Of a stretch of DNA of 64,000 nucleotides, positions 45,903 to 56,043 are shown in pieces; the stretch's first letter is position 1; every line of letters begins with the position of its first letter. Source of the DNA: a virus (Duplodnaviria > Caudoviricetes); IMG/VR virus record IMGVR_UViG_3300020050_015145, positions 1-64,000 of that record; one strand, written 5' to 3'. The notes beneath the pieces were generated by a model, which saw only the letters and a program-made list of their open reading frames with translations, made no database searches and had not been told where the DNA came from. The position numbers and the translations under genes are program-made.

Positions 45903-48900
45903 CTGTTATAGAGGTTTTCGTAATAGGCTACGTGCTGTTGATTATGACTTATTTCCGCAATACTCACGCGGTTGGCGTCAACGTTAATTTTAAGTTCCGG
46001 TTTGGAGCGAATCACCTCCGTTAAATTCTTTACCTCTTTTTCCAATCCCTTCAAATCCACCGATGTGCCCAATCTGTCTCCCTCTAAGTTGAAATTCATT
46101 CGCCCAAACTCCTCAATTCTCAAACTGCCGAATTTCTTCTGCAATTCCTCAAAGGCTAAATACCCGTCCACTAACTTTTCGTTGGGCAACTCTTTACCCA
46201 GCTTTTCGTTGAGCGTTCTTTTTACTATCCGCTCTCCCTTGTCAACCATCGCCGGCACCGTATCCCTTCCGTCCGGATAACCCAATCCATCCACCCAAGG
46301 CGTTCCTTCAAAGTAGCTTTTGCCCGTAGCTGACACGTAACCCGTAGCATTTCTGATGGTGAAGGAATTCCCCGCTGCGTCATAAGCCGTAAATTGCCTG
46401 TCTTCGTCAGTGTATGTCAGGGTCATTGCGTTTTTGTTCTGGTCAAATGCCTCATTGACCGCCTCCAGATTATCTGCCCGGAACGGTGTTCTGTTGGCTT
46501 TGCGCTGGGCAATCAGGCCTTCCTTTATGTTACTGGTCCATGTGTCAGGAACGGTCACAATGCCACCGCTGCCTTCACCCATCAACGCCTCCAAATCCCT
46601 GATAGAGCCTTGCAAATCTCCCACCGCTGCGTCAATTTTGCCCCGGTTGAAGATATTCCGCTTTCCTTGCAGCATGGCAATTTCGGCGCGTATTTGCGCA
46701 ATAGCCATCTGGATTTGCGACTGCATAATTTGCTTATTGGCCTGTAAAACAAAGTTGGCATAGTCTCTTTCCGCTGCCGCTTTTTGGGTGGAGGCATCCT
46801 GTTTTTTGGCAGTCACTTCATCTTCGAGTCCTTTGACGGTTATTGCCAATTGACTTTGAAGCTGGGTTATTGTAGCTTTCAGTGCCGTTTCTCGTGCCAC
46901 ATAGTCGTTTTTCAGCGCTTCCAATTTAGCGTCGCGCTCATCCGCCATCTCCTTGAACTTATCCTGATAGGATTGCTCCAAAGCATTTACCGCTTCTTTT
47001 TCTTCTTCCTTCAGCTTTACCGCCCCGTCTTTGGCTTCTTGGTTCAATTGCTTGGTTGCCAGACTAACCCCTTTGGATTTGTCCAACTTGGCATCCTCGA
47101 CCTCTTTGTGAACGTCGGCAATTCTTTGGGCGTAGGCATTGGTGACTTCTTCGCGCTCTTTTTCGTCCGTCAGCGTGGCTAAGATGCGGTCGCGGGTTGC
47201 GGCTAAACGATTGGTTTCGTCGGTTCGGTAACGTTCCAATGCCTCATTGCGAAGGCGGTCAATAATAGTAATCGTTTCATTTTCGTCGGCCTTGGACTGC
47301 TCAAGTAACTGTTGCCTGTAGTCGTACGTGGCCTGTAACGATGCCTTCTCTTGGCTTTCTTTCTCTTTTAATGCCGCCAATTGTTGGTCGTAGGCTTCTT
47401 TGACGGCGTTGGTTTGTTGCTCGTACGTATCTTTGGCCGTGTCCAATTGTGATTTCAGGGCATCAACCTGCGTATCGGTGAAATCTTCAAGCCTTTTGAT
47501 TTCTTCCTCTTTGGCCTCAATGTAGGCGTCCAACTCATCTTCAATGGCCTGAATTTTCCTATCCCGCACTTCCTGTGCCGTTTCAATTTCCCGTTGAAGC
47601 TTTTTGATGCGGTATTCTTCTTCAAGCGCCTGTTGCTCGTACATACCTGCGACGATTTCCCCCATCTGCTTTTTAGCGGAGGCGGTCATGTCCTTTTTCA
47701 TCTTGGAGTCATTCTCCAGTGTAAGTTTGGTATAAGCAGCTTGGTATTCAATCAGTTCTTTGGCTTCGGCGTACTCGGTTTGTTTGGCGTAGTGCTCATC
47801 AATGATTCGTTCTCGCTCGGCGTACGAGCCTTTGAAGTCTTCGAGTTGAGCGTCCAGCGAATCGGCATTAACCCGAATAAGTGTGTCATAATAATCACCC
47901 ATGACATTTGCCAAGGTGTCGTAGGCTTCAATGATAGCCGTATTGGTTTCTACCAACATATCGTTGATAGCCGCCGCAACTTTCTGCATTATATCAGCCA
48001 CCATCATGGCCATATTGAGGGATGCCATAGATGCCGCACCCTCAGCTTCGACCAGATTTTGCTTTGACTCCGCTACTTTTAGCGAAGATTCGGCATATTG
48101 TGTTGAGTGTTCGCCATACAGGATTTTAATGGTGCTGCTGTAGGCCTGCGCATTCTTTACCTGATTTTCGTAGGTCGTAACGGTTTTGCCGCTAATCAAA
48201 TCGATGTCATCCACCATTTTGATGGCAAAATTGGAAAAGTCGCTCAACGCGCTGTTTAATGATCCCACAAACCCCAATACCGCCTTTAATCGCTCATTGT
48301 GCGATTTAACTTCAATCTCCGCCGTTTTTTCAGTAACCTTTTGCTCTTCTTCGTTGATTTTGCGAATCGCCTCCAACGTATCCAACTTGGCCTGTTGTTT
48401 TTCTTTTTCGGTTTGTTGGGTGTTCAAAAGCCGCTGCACCTCCGAAGCCTGCACGGATAGCGACAAATCGGTTTCAATCTCAACTGACTGCCTGACAAAT
48501 TCGATTTGCCCCGCCGTAATATTTACTTGGCTTTCTTTAATAAGGGCTTCCTTTGCGCGATTGGCTTTGATAATAATAGCTTCAATAGCTAAGACTGCGT
48601 CCTCCTCTGTTTTAACATATTCAACTTTATGCGCATTAACCTTTGCAATCTCCTCCTTCATGCCACGGTCAATTATCTCCAATTTATCACTTAGGCTTTT
48701 TTCTTCTGCCTCTTTGATTAATATGGCAATCTCATTGGAGGAGAAAAACGCCTGCTCTTTAAGCTGCTTGTGCTTATCGGCATCCTTGCCGACTGCCATT
48801 GCATTGTATTGATCCTTGGCTTTGAGCATATTTGTCTCATGCTCAAAATAAGCACTGGCGTACTGTGACGTACCTTCAGTCAACGTGCCTTTTATCTTGG

Positions 48901-50281
48901 TCCAACGGGCTTCTTCCGCTGCAACGGCTTCCTGCTGCTTTTTGGTGAGGTTGGTCGTAATGTCCGCCACGGTAACGGCCGTTACCTGATGGCTATCCAT
49001 AATACGTTTATTTGACTTTTCGACCGATTGCGACATTTCGTCCCAAATGCTGCCCATTTTCTCGTAATTGGCCTTGGACTTATCAAAATAACCGCTTGCC
49101 TGTGAGAATAGCACGCCCATTTGATCCCAGTCACCCGTGATTGCCGCCCAAACGCCTTTCAGCCCGGTTTGCACCCCCTGTAAACCATTGTAAAACAACT
49201 GCAATCCCTGCCAGCCTTCGCGAAGTACGGTAATCAAGGTATAGAAAGGTCCCATTACCACGGTATTGATTACCACACCCAGCACTTTCATTAGCTCATT
49301 GGAACCATTGGCGCTATTGAAGAATTGGGGAAACAGATTGACGGCAATCTCCTTAATAGGCGTAACCAATTCCATAAAGGCAGACCACAGATACCCGGCA
49401 CTGACCTTCATATTGGTAAAAATGGCATTCAACAACCCGCCTTCCTGCGCGGAATTCTTCATGCCAACGGCCAAACTGATACCTGTTTCAATGACGGCTT
49501 CAAATACGGGAAGCAAGCCGTTACCCGCTTCACGCGCCAAACCTGCGGTGGCATCACTCAATGACGACCAACGACCTGCTAAAGTGAGGGCTTGTTTTTC
49601 GGTGGCACCCTGTACACCGTTCAGCGTTCCAAAAGCGGCCGTGGCCAGCATAACGGATTGCTCGGTACGTTCAGCCTCGATGGTGGTACCGCGAAAAGTC
49701 AGGCTTACTTTGTCGCCTGCGGTTTTGGCCTTGATACCCAATTCCGTCCAGCGCTCCGTGTTGTTAATGTCGAGTATAGCTTCTCCCAAATCTTTGAAAG
49801 GTTTTTGCAGGGCGTTGGCCACATCGCCCAGCTTTTCCATATTCTCCCTCCCCAGTACCACATTTCGCCCCGCAAACTTGGAGAATGTGTCGGCCAGTTC
49901 GTCTAATTCAAAATTGGATTTGTCGGCGTAGTTTTGCAGCATTTGTAAAGCCTCCGTCGCCTTTTGCTGACTACCCATCGAAACCGTCAAAGCAGCAGTA
50001 TATTTCTGGTAAGTAGCTGTCAAATCAAAGATTTTTGAAATCGCTTCTTTGATCTGGTCAATGCCGAAAGCGGTCAGAAGTAAGTTCTTTACGCCGCTGA
50101 TACTGCCGCTCAGGGAACTATACTGCTTACTGTGGCTCTCCATGTTGGAATTCATGGATCTGATCGCCCGCGAATTCTCATCGCCCAATTCATTCTGCTT
50201 GCGAATCAACGCATCTAAGTCGCTCAGCAACTTAGGTAAATCACTCTCTGCACTTACCCTAAACCGTACGTTCTCATCCAT
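45899..50281 (-). CDS. Tail tape measure protein
   Basis: 1460 aa helical; YADKSNFELDELADTF tape-measure domain; TLAGRWSSLSD; C-terminal YFEGTPWV..G.D.VPAM..GERIV. Confidence 0.9.
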   Translation of the reverse strand: MDENVRFRVSAESDLPKLLSDLDALIRKQNELGDENSRAIRSMNSNMESHSKQYSSLSGSISGVKNLLLTAFGIDQIKEAISKIFDLTATYQKYTAALTVSMGSQQKATEALQMLQNYADKSNFELDELADTFSKFAGRNVVLGRENMEKLGDVANALQKPFKDLGEAILDINNTERWTELGIKAKTAGDKVSLTFRGTTIEAERTEQSVMLATAAFGTLNGVQGATEKQALTLAGRWSSLSDATAGLAREAGNGLLPVFEAVIETGISLAVGMKNSAQEGGLLNAIFTNMKVSAGYLWSAFMELVTPIKEIAVNLFPQFFNSANGSNELMKVLGVVINTVVMGPFYTLITVLREGWQGLQLFYNGLQGVQTGLKGVWAAITGDWDQMGVLFSQASGYFDKSKANYEKMGSIWDEMSQSVEKSNKRIMDSHQVTAVTVADITTNLTKKQQEAVAAEEARWTKIKGTLTEGTSQYASAYFEHETNMLKAKDQYNAMAVGKDADKHKQLKEQAFFSSNEIAILIKEAEEKSLSDKLEIIDRGMKEEIAKVNAHKVEYVKTEEDAVLAIEAIIIKANRAKEALIKESQVNITAGQIEFVRQSVEIETDLSLSVQASEVQRLLNTQQTEKEKQQAKLDTLEAIRKINEEEQKVTEKTAEIEVKSHNERLKAVLGFVGSLNSALSDFSNFAIKMVDDIDLISGKTVTTYENQVKNAQAYSSTIKILYGEHSTQYAESSLKVAESKQNLVEAEGAASMASLNMAMMVADIMQKVAAAINDMLVETNTAIIEAYDTLANVMGDYYDTLIRVNADSLDAQLEDFKGSYAERERIIDEHYAKQTEYAEAKELIEYQAAYTKLTLENDSKMKKDMTASAKKQMGEIVAGMYEQQALEEEYRIKKLQREIETAQEVRDRKIQAIEDELDAYIEAKEEEIKRLEDFTDTQVDALKSQLDTAKDTYEQQTNAVKEAYDQQLAALKEKESQEKASLQATYDYRQQLLEQSKADENETITIIDRLRNEALERYRTDETNRLAATRDRILATLTDEKEREEVTNAYAQRIADVHKEVEDAKLDKSKGVSLATKQLNQEAKDGAVKLKEEEKEAVNALEQSYQDKFKEMADERDAKLEALKNDYVARETALKATITQLQSQLAITVKGLEDEVTAKKQDASTQKAAAERDYANFVLQANKQIMQSQIQMAIAQIRAEIAMLQGKRNIFNRGKIDAAVGDLQGSIRDLEALMGEGSGGIVTVPDTWTSNIKEGLIAQRKANRTPFRADNLEAVNEAFDQNKNAMTLTYTDEDRQFTAYDAAGNSFTIRNATGYVSATGKSYFEGTPWVDGLGYPDGRDTVPAMVDKGERIVKRTLNEKLGKELPNEKLVDGYLAFEELQKKFGSLRIEEFGRMNFNLEGDRLGTSVDLKGLEKEVKNLTEVIRSKPELKINVDANRVSIAEISHNQQHVAYYENLYNR

Positions 50282-50495
50282 GCTGTATTCGAGGTCAAAT
50301 CATTGAATTGCTTCCTGTTGTGATTTTTCCCCGCACTTGGCACTTGAGAGTCGAGCATCCTCATGTTCAAAATTAAGAATTAATTTGTAAATATTAATAA
50401 TATACTTAATAAGCAAAACAAAACAGACCTTCAACAACCAAAAAAGACCGCCCCATTTGAGGCAGTCTTTATAATTTTTCAAAGAGGGTAGTGTG

Positions 50496-50726
50496 TTAAG
50501 GTTTGGTAACGGGCGTTCGTTTGGGGTCCATCTCCCGAAGGGTTCGCTTCAGCAGATAGAAAACAAACTCGTAGCGAAGAATGAATTCTTCACTCAGTTC
50601 CCGCTTGATTCCTTCGTTGACCAGGAGCAAATCCAGCTCTTCAAAGGTTTCGATGATTTGATCTGCGGAGTAATGCTCGTACATGTCCTGTACAGCATTA
50701 AAGGTTAATTGGTCTTGAAATGGCAT
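50496..50726 (-). CDS. Hypothetical protein, paralog of 50881-51114
   Basis: YSADQIIETFEELDL...FYLLKRTLR; likely start MPFQDQ. Confidence 0.65.
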   Translation of the reverse strand: MPFQDQLTFNAVQDMYEHYSADQIIETFEELDLLLVNEGIKRELSEEFILRYEFVFYLLKRTLREMDPKRTPVTKP

Positions 50727-50845
50727 AACTCTAAACGACGGGGTTTTTGGCGTCGTGCGTAGTTGTCGAAAAATCGCGCCATTTTTACTGACCCTTCCAA
50801 TAAATTTATCAAGCAAACAATGAATTTATTTAACGGTAAAGAGAC

Positions 50846-50880
50846 ATAAAAAAAGCCCCCTGTTTGGAGGCCTTTTTTGT
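50846..50880. terminator. Intrinsic terminator
   Basis: AAAAAAGCCCCC-tgttt-GGAGGCCTTTTTT. Confidence 0.6.
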
Positions 50881-51114
50881 TTAGTTGTTGTTTGGCAAAG
50901 GCAGCTTTACGGGCTCCAATGCTCTGACCGCCCGTTTGAGCAAATGAAACGTGAGTGCGTATTGGTTGTTCATTTGTTTGCCCATTTCCTGTTTGGCTTC
51001 GATGCCTTCCAGATACAAGTCCAACTCTTCCAGAAATTCAACGATCTCCGCTGCGCTGTATGCCGCAAACAGCTCTTTTACGTCCTGCGGCAAATGTTTG
51101 TCAAATACTAACAT
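50881..51114 (-). CDS. Hypothetical protein, paralog of 50496-50726
   Basis: YSAAEIVEFLEELDL...FHLLKRAVR. Confidence 0.7.
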   Translation of the reverse strand: MLVFDKHLPQDVKELFAAYSAAEIVEFLEELDLYLEGIEAKQEMGKQMNNQYALTFHLLKRAVRALEPVKLPLPNNN

Positions 51115-51299
51115 ACCGCACCTCCTTTCCGATACGTTGCCCGTTGGCGTTCAATGGTCAGTGTTCGGTTTATTTCTCTGAGCATTCGCTGCAAATCTTC
51201 GTAGGGGATTTTGTTCCATTGTACCGTGAGACTTTCGTTGGTTGCTTCCAATACCACTTCATCGCCTTGCGATACAGTGATTTTTAATGTGTCGCTCAT
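51108..51299 (-). CDS. Hypothetical protein
   Basis: 63 aa, coupled to the antirepressor gene. Confidence 0.6.
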   Translation of the reverse strand: MSDTLKITVSQGDEVVLEATNESLTVQWNKIPYEDLQRMLREINRTLTIERQRATYRKGGAVC

Positions 51300-52081
51300 G
51301 CCTGTATCTGAAGATTGGATTGGAGATTTGATTGTGTCAGCTTTTTAGCCTTAGCGGGTTTGCCGTACGAAAGCGACTCATTAAACAAATAATGAAGAAA
51401 AGCCCGACCGCGCTCGGTCCAAACCATGTACATACTCGTGTGTTGTATTCCCTTGCTATCGGTATAGGAATTGGTACGGGTAGCGGTATAACCTTCGTTT
51501 TCGTAGTTGGCATACAAAACATACCGCCCGTCGTGCCAGTACTGGATTTTCTTTTTGCAAAGCTCGGCATTGAGTTTGCGGGCAGGAATCCCCAATTCTT
51601 TGGCAATGTTGGTCGTGGTGTAATTGGCGTCGCTTTGCAGTACTTTGTCGGTCCATTCGGCTTTGGGCGCCAATTTATTGATCTGCTCATCTTTTTCGGC
51701 AAGCAGACGATTGGCAAGCAGTACGGCACTTGAAAGGATTTCTTCGTTGGTTTGGGGACGTTGGATATTTTGGCGAAGTCGGTTTTCACATTCGATGAAA
51801 TATTGCCGCGCCTGTTTGCCCTTTTCGGAGCGTTGTAGCATGGCAATTTCCTTGGCGGTATTCAAGGTGAGGGCGTAGTCTATCGTTTCTTGCTGATTTT
51901 GGGGGTGTACAAAAAAGTACGGGGTATAGTCTTCGTTTTCTTTAAAACCATACTCGAACATTCTGTCTATCCAAAGTCGAAACGGCGTTTTAACTTCAAG
52001 GAACTCGTACAATTCCCTTGCGGATACTACTTGCCCTTCCCCACCTTGCGGATTTGGGCTTACTTTGATTAATTCTTGCAT
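51296..52081 (-). CDS. Phage antirepressor (AntA/AntB plus KilAC domains)
   Basis: VSARELYEFLEV, AKEIAMLQRSEKGKQARQYFIECE, LAPKAEW, VWTERGRAF. Confidence 0.9.
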   Translation of the reverse strand: MQELIKVSPNPQGGEGQVVSARELYEFLEVKTPFRLWIDRMFEYGFKENEDYTPYFFVHPQNQQETIDYALTLNTAKEIAMLQRSEKGKQARQYFIECENRLRQNIQRPQTNEEILSSAVLLANRLLAEKDEQINKLAPKAEWTDKVLQSDANYTTTNIAKELGIPARKLNAELCKKKIQYWHDGRYVLYANYENEGYTATRTNSYTDSKGIQHTSMYMVWTERGRAFLHYLFNESLSYGKPAKAKKLTQSNLQSNLQIQA

Positions 52082-52416
52082 TTGGTTTTTTTAGGCTTTT
52101 AAATGCAGTGAACTTATATACTTACCTTCGTGATAAGACAACAAAAAGCGGTGCCGTAGCAAGTTCCGCGCCTAATCCCAACCAAGGGCAATCAGTCAGG
52201 CATAAAGCCCGCATCTTACGGAAATAGCATACGACACCGCTTGAGGGTATCGAAATGAAAAATAAAAGCAACAAAAAAGCCTCGACACACGGTCCGCCGT
52301 TGCGGTTGTCGGAGGCAGCTTTCGCCGCTTGGTTGTAATTAGGCACTGCAAACATGCAGGACCAATCCGACATTTCCAAATACCCACCTAAAAATATTTT
52401 TGACCCTGCAAATGTA
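52082..52416 (-). promoter_or_regulatory. Antirepressor promoter (TACATTTG) and structured leader with terminator
   Basis: Stem GCCTCCGACA/TGTCGAGGC plus T6; upstream TGTCGGA complementary to the stem arm. Confidence 0.55.
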
Positions 52417-52480
52417 AATAATAATTTCTAAACATTAATAATATTATTAATAATAAATTTTAACTACTTATTAAACGGTG

Positions 52481-52512
52481 TTGCAAATTGACATACTGAT
52501 TTTGTAGCTTTG
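52481..52512 (+). promoter_or_regulatory. Bacteroidota promoter for the plus-strand moron genes
   Basis: TTG at 52481, 21 nt spacer, TAGCTTTG at 52505-52512. Confidence 0.7.
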
Positions 52513-52528
52513 CCAAAACTCTATCACT

Positions 52529-53095
52529 ATGAAAAAAATTACGGAAATGTGGAAGTCTTTTTCTACCAATTTAAAATTGGTTGTCGTCGGGCTGATTTTG
52601 TTCTTCGGTTATGTTATTTATAAAAAAACATCAACTGTTACACCCGCATCGGTATCCAACGTAAAAAGCAGACAAACAGAATCGGTCAGCGACAGTGTAT
52701 CAACAACTAACAAAGTTGCCAATGTTGCTTTAGTGTATAACATTAAGCCTCTTTTAAACAGATCCATGAAGGAGGTTGAAAAAATACTTGGCAAAGCGGA
52801 GTCCAAAAGTAAAATAAATGGCTACCCCTGCAAATATTCAAGGTGCACCAAGGTTATTTACAAGAATGGAAAATACGAAGTGATTTTCAAAAATGGCAAA
52901 ACCTCAAGAATCATTGTAAATTCATTTCCCGATTACACCAACACCCAAGACGCTATTCAATCTATTGGATTTCCCAAATCAAGCCCTTCCTTTCTTAATC
53001 CAGGCATTGTTGCAAGATGGTCAACTATTGAAGGTATCCACGAGATTGACTTTTTTACGGATTACGTTTTAGTTATGGTTAACGCCCCAGAGTAA
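52529..53095 (+). CDS. Membrane-anchored moron protein
   Basis: N-terminal TM, AT-rich, own promoter, opposite strand. Confidence 0.8.
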   Translation: MKKITEMWKSFSTNLKLVVVGLILFFGYVIYKKTSTVTPASVSNVKSRQTESVSDSVSTTNKVANVALVYNIKPLLNRSMKEVEKILGKAESKSKINGYPCKYSRCTKVIYKNGKYEVIFKNGKTSRIIVNSFPDYTNTQDAIQSIGFPKSSPSFLNPGIVARWSTIEGIHEIDFFTDYVLVMVNAPE

Positions 53096-53119
53096 TTATC
53101 TATCATCCCCCAGCCTCCT

Positions 53120-53374
53120 ATGAAAAGCCTACTGATTTCTACTTTTTTAATACTTCTTTTCGCTTCCTGCAAAAAAGAAGCCGAGCCCCAAAAGTGCTAC
53201 GCCTGCACCCAAACTATCAATAAGTTTGAAGGATCAAAAGTGACCGTCACAAAAGTGGAAAAAGAAATGTGTACCGTCATTTCCAGAAACTTCTTTGAAG
53301 AAAACTTCACTTTTTCCAGAGATTACGGACTGTACAAAGAGGTGAGTTTGGCAAGTTGTACTTTGAAGCCATAA
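53120..53374 (+). CDS. Lipoprotein (moron)
   Basis: Lipobox LFASC followed by KKE; CxxC motif. Confidence 0.8.
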   Translation: MKSLLISTFLILLFASCKKEAEPQKCYACTQTINKFEGSKVTVTKVEKEMCTVISRNFFEENFTFSRDYGLYKEVSLASCTLKP

Positions 53375-53387
53375 AAAAAAGCCCCGA

Positions 53388-53558
53388 TTAAGGGGCCAAT
53401 GCTTTTCTTATCAAATCGTTTACGAATTTATTTCGCTTCCCTTTTTCTGCCAGATTGTTGACAATTTCAAATAAATCATTGTCCAGCCTTAAAGGAAAAT
53501 TGGTTTGGGTGCGACCCTCCCGCCGCTTGCCTCCCCATTTTTTTACGGGTTCTTCCAT
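53388..53558 (-). CDS. Ribbon-helix-helix (Arc-like) DNA-binding protein, 56 aa, absent from the ORF track
   Basis: MEEPVKKWGGKRREGRTQTNFPLRLDNDLFEIVNNLAEKGKRNKFVNDLIRKALAP. Confidence 0.7.
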   Translation of the reverse strand: MEEPVKKWGGKRREGRTQTNFPLRLDNDLFEIVNNLAEKGKRNKFVNDLIRKALAP

Positions 53559-53560
53559 GT

Positions 53561-53944
53561 TTAACCGGGAAAATTCTTTTCAATCAAACCCTTCATACTG
53601 CCCCAACCCAAAGCCCCGGGAGCTTCAGTAAATGCCCGAGTCATTAACTCAATGTCCTTTTTTGCGACTGCAAAAGAGTGAGTGTGAAAAATACCTTCGC
53701 GGCCATGGTCATCAAGTCTCGTTTGAAACTTCAATTTGATGGCATCGAACTTCGACTTGAATTTTAGAAAATCCTCTCTGTCATCTTTTAGGGTAGTGTT
53801 GACCGCCACTACTACCCGTACTTTTTGCGACCCTTCCTCAAGTGCAATTCCTTCGCCAATGTGGTCGCCTGTCGAAATATAGTGATTAATGGCAACAAAA
53901 AGGAGGCTCAAAGGTTCGCCGTTTTTTACGATAATTGGTTTCAT
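53561..53944 (-). CDS. Hypothetical protein
   Basis: Likely start MKPIIV at 53944. Confidence 0.65.
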   Translation of the reverse strand: MKPIIVKNGEPLSLLFVAINHYISTGDHIGEGIALEEGSQKVRVVVAVNTTLKDDREDFLKFKSKFDAIKLKFQTRLDDHGREGIFHTHSFAVAKKDIELMTRAFTEAPGALGWGSMKGLIEKNFPG

Positions 53945-53954
53945 ATTTATTGGT

Positions 53955-54770
53955 TTAGTAGGCGTGAGAAAATGATTCAGAGGTGGTTCCGTCAGGATTT
54001 GCCCACGTGCAAAGGTGTCCCATGTCGCTATCTTCGTCACGGTGGCGGCGCGGAATATCATTGCCTGACATAAAATATTGAGACAGCAAAACGCGCTTGC
54101 CGGTTACTTTTGCTTCTTCAAATTTGGCTTGACGAGCAGCTTTTGCGTCGGCTTCCTTTTTGGCTTCCGCACTGATTTTATCCTCTTTGTTCTTTTGGCC
54201 CGTTTCGATGATGTTAGCCATATCACCCGCCGCCATTTCGTAATAATACCACGACGAATAATCTCCGTAATCAGAACCGGTCATAAAGGTTTCGAGGGTA
54301 TTTTTTTCAACGTGGGAAATGGAATTGATGAATCTTTTACAAACTTCACTGTATTTTGCAAGCACGTAAGGAACCTTAACATCTCCCTCAAAAAAACTAA
54401 AATTGATGTACTTATGAGATGTGTGCCACTCAAATTTTACACGGGTTGGATTAATGATTTCGGCCTCCTGTTTCAGTAATTCGATATTTGCGTTGTCAAA
54501 TGCTTTCTTAACCTCCGAAGGAATACCACCAAAGACCTCAATCAAAGAGTTGGTGTTGCGTTTTACTGTGATTCCAAGTAGTTTTTTTACCTGAATATCG
54601 TTCAGGCACAAATATTCCTTGCCTTCGTGTACCGGGAATGTTGGAGCATTTACCGCTTGTTCGCCTACGCTTGCCACCCAGTATGATTCGTCCCGTGCCT
54701 GTTTAGGCTTCAATGAAAGATTGATGACGATACCTGATTTTGTTTTTGCGAAAATTGTTACATTTGCCAT
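53955..54770 (-). CDS. Hypothetical phage protein
   Basis: 271 aa ORF. Confidence 0.75.
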   Translation of the reverse strand: MANVTIFAKTKSGIVINLSLKPKQARDESYWVASVGEQAVNAPTFPVHEGKEYLCLNDIQVKKLLGITVKRNTNSLIEVFGGIPSEVKKAFDNANIELLKQEAEIINPTRVKFEWHTSHKYINFSFFEGDVKVPYVLAKYSEVCKRFINSISHVEKNTLETFMTGSDYGDYSSWYYYEMAAGDMANIIETGQKNKEDKISAEAKKEADAKAARQAKFEEAKVTGKRVLLSQYFMSGNDIPRRHRDEDSDMGHLCTWANPDGTTSESFSHAY

Positions 54771-54839
54771 GATTGTAAGATTTTTTGAGGTTTTACGATT
54801 TATTTAACCCCGTCTCCCTGCCAGTTGACGGGGTTTGTT

Positions 54840-55085
54840 TTATTTCACTAAATAGACTTCACAACGGTTGTGTCTGCCATTTCTTGTTTTGCAGGAAGTA
54901 GCGCACGATACTTGCACTAAAACACCTTCTTTAGATTGTTTAACGGTGCCGGAGGTTCCGAAATCCCATTTTACACCTTCGTAGATAACTTGATACCCCG
55001 CAGCTTGTAAAGCATTAATTCTTTTTGAAGCAACATTTTTTGCCCCGTAAAAAGGAGCGACGATAGAAGCGATTTGATTTAACAT
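54840..55085 (-). CDS. Hypothetical protein
   Basis: First gene after the TAACTTTG promoter at 55153-55160. Confidence 0.7.
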   Translation of the reverse strand: MLNQIASIVAPFYGAKNVASKRINALQAAGYQVIYEGVKWDFGTSGTVKQSKEGVLVQVSCATSCKTRNGRHNRCEVYLVK

Positions 55086-55296
55086 GATAGTAATTTGTTT
55101 TGAGGTTTTTATTTCGCTCTGCCAAGCGGTCGTTTCAATCGAACTGACAATACAAAGTTATTGCAATTATTTTGATTTGCAATACATTTCAAGAAATATT
55201 TATCATTTATTTTGTACCCATAAAAAAAGAGAGGCAACAGCGTCGCTTCTCTTTCCAATTACCTAAACCCACGTCTGACTTTAACAGCCTATATTT

Positions 55297-55707
55297 TTAC
55301 TTCTCCACCACAAACCCCAGTGCCTGCGTATCCAATCTTAATTCCATCGGCGGAGGAGTTCCCCAAATCCGTACAGCCAGCAATCCATGCACAAAGAAAT
55401 TCCACCGAAACATAAAGTTATCCGTGCGCCAAATGGAAGTCGGCACACCGTCAATCTTTTTGCAGACTAAATCCCCGATGCCGCTGTCAGGAGGCCCCAC
55501 AAACCGAATCAGCGTTGACGGGTCAGGGTCATCAATGGGCACCGGTGCCAAAAACGGCTCTTCGTGCCAATTATCCTGTACCGTATCCAGCCCTTTGGCA
55601 ATGTTTTTAAGTAACTGTGCCGTCATAGCGCTATCCGTTTGTTCCGAAAGTCGCAGCAATTCATCGTGCATGTGCTTGGTTTCGGGATCAATGTCAAGGT
55701 ATTTCAT
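55297..55707 (-). CDS. Hypothetical protein
   Basis: 136 aa ORF. Confidence 0.65.
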   Translation of the reverse strand: MKYLDIDPETKHMHDELLRLSEQTDSAMTAQLLKNIAKGLDTVQDNWHEEPFLAPVPIDDPDPSTLIRFVGPPDSGIGDLVCKKIDGVPTSIWRTDNFMFRWNFFVHGLLAVRIWGTPPPMELRLDTQALGFVVEK

Positions 55708-55799
55708 AAACTGTATTATTTTAAGTAATGAAAAGTGTTTTTTCTGAAATCGGGCAAAGAAAAATAGAACTATTCTTAGAAGCGTGCCGCCTGTGCCGT

Positions 55800-55994
55800 T
55801 TACGTTTTTGGCCAGTATTTGTCCAAATATTCTTTTACCGTCTTTTTGTCTTCGCTGTCGTTCAAATTGAGTTTTACTGTCAGCATGGTATGCACCTCTA
55901 TCAATTCCTTTCTAAGGTTCATGATTTCTTTAAACAGCAAATCTTTGTGCAACGCTTCTTCGTTGTAGCCTTCGTAACATGGCAAAACTCTCAT
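55800..55994 (-). CDS. Hypothetical protein
   Basis: 64 aa ORF. Confidence 0.6.
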   Translation of the reverse strand: MRVLPCYEGYNEEALHKDLLFKEIMNLRKELIEVHTMLTVKLNLNDSEDKKTVKEYLDKYWPKT

Positions 55995-56043
55995 ATTCTC
56001 GCTTTTGTCTTTTTATCCAATATTATTGTTTTCAAAATAAAAA

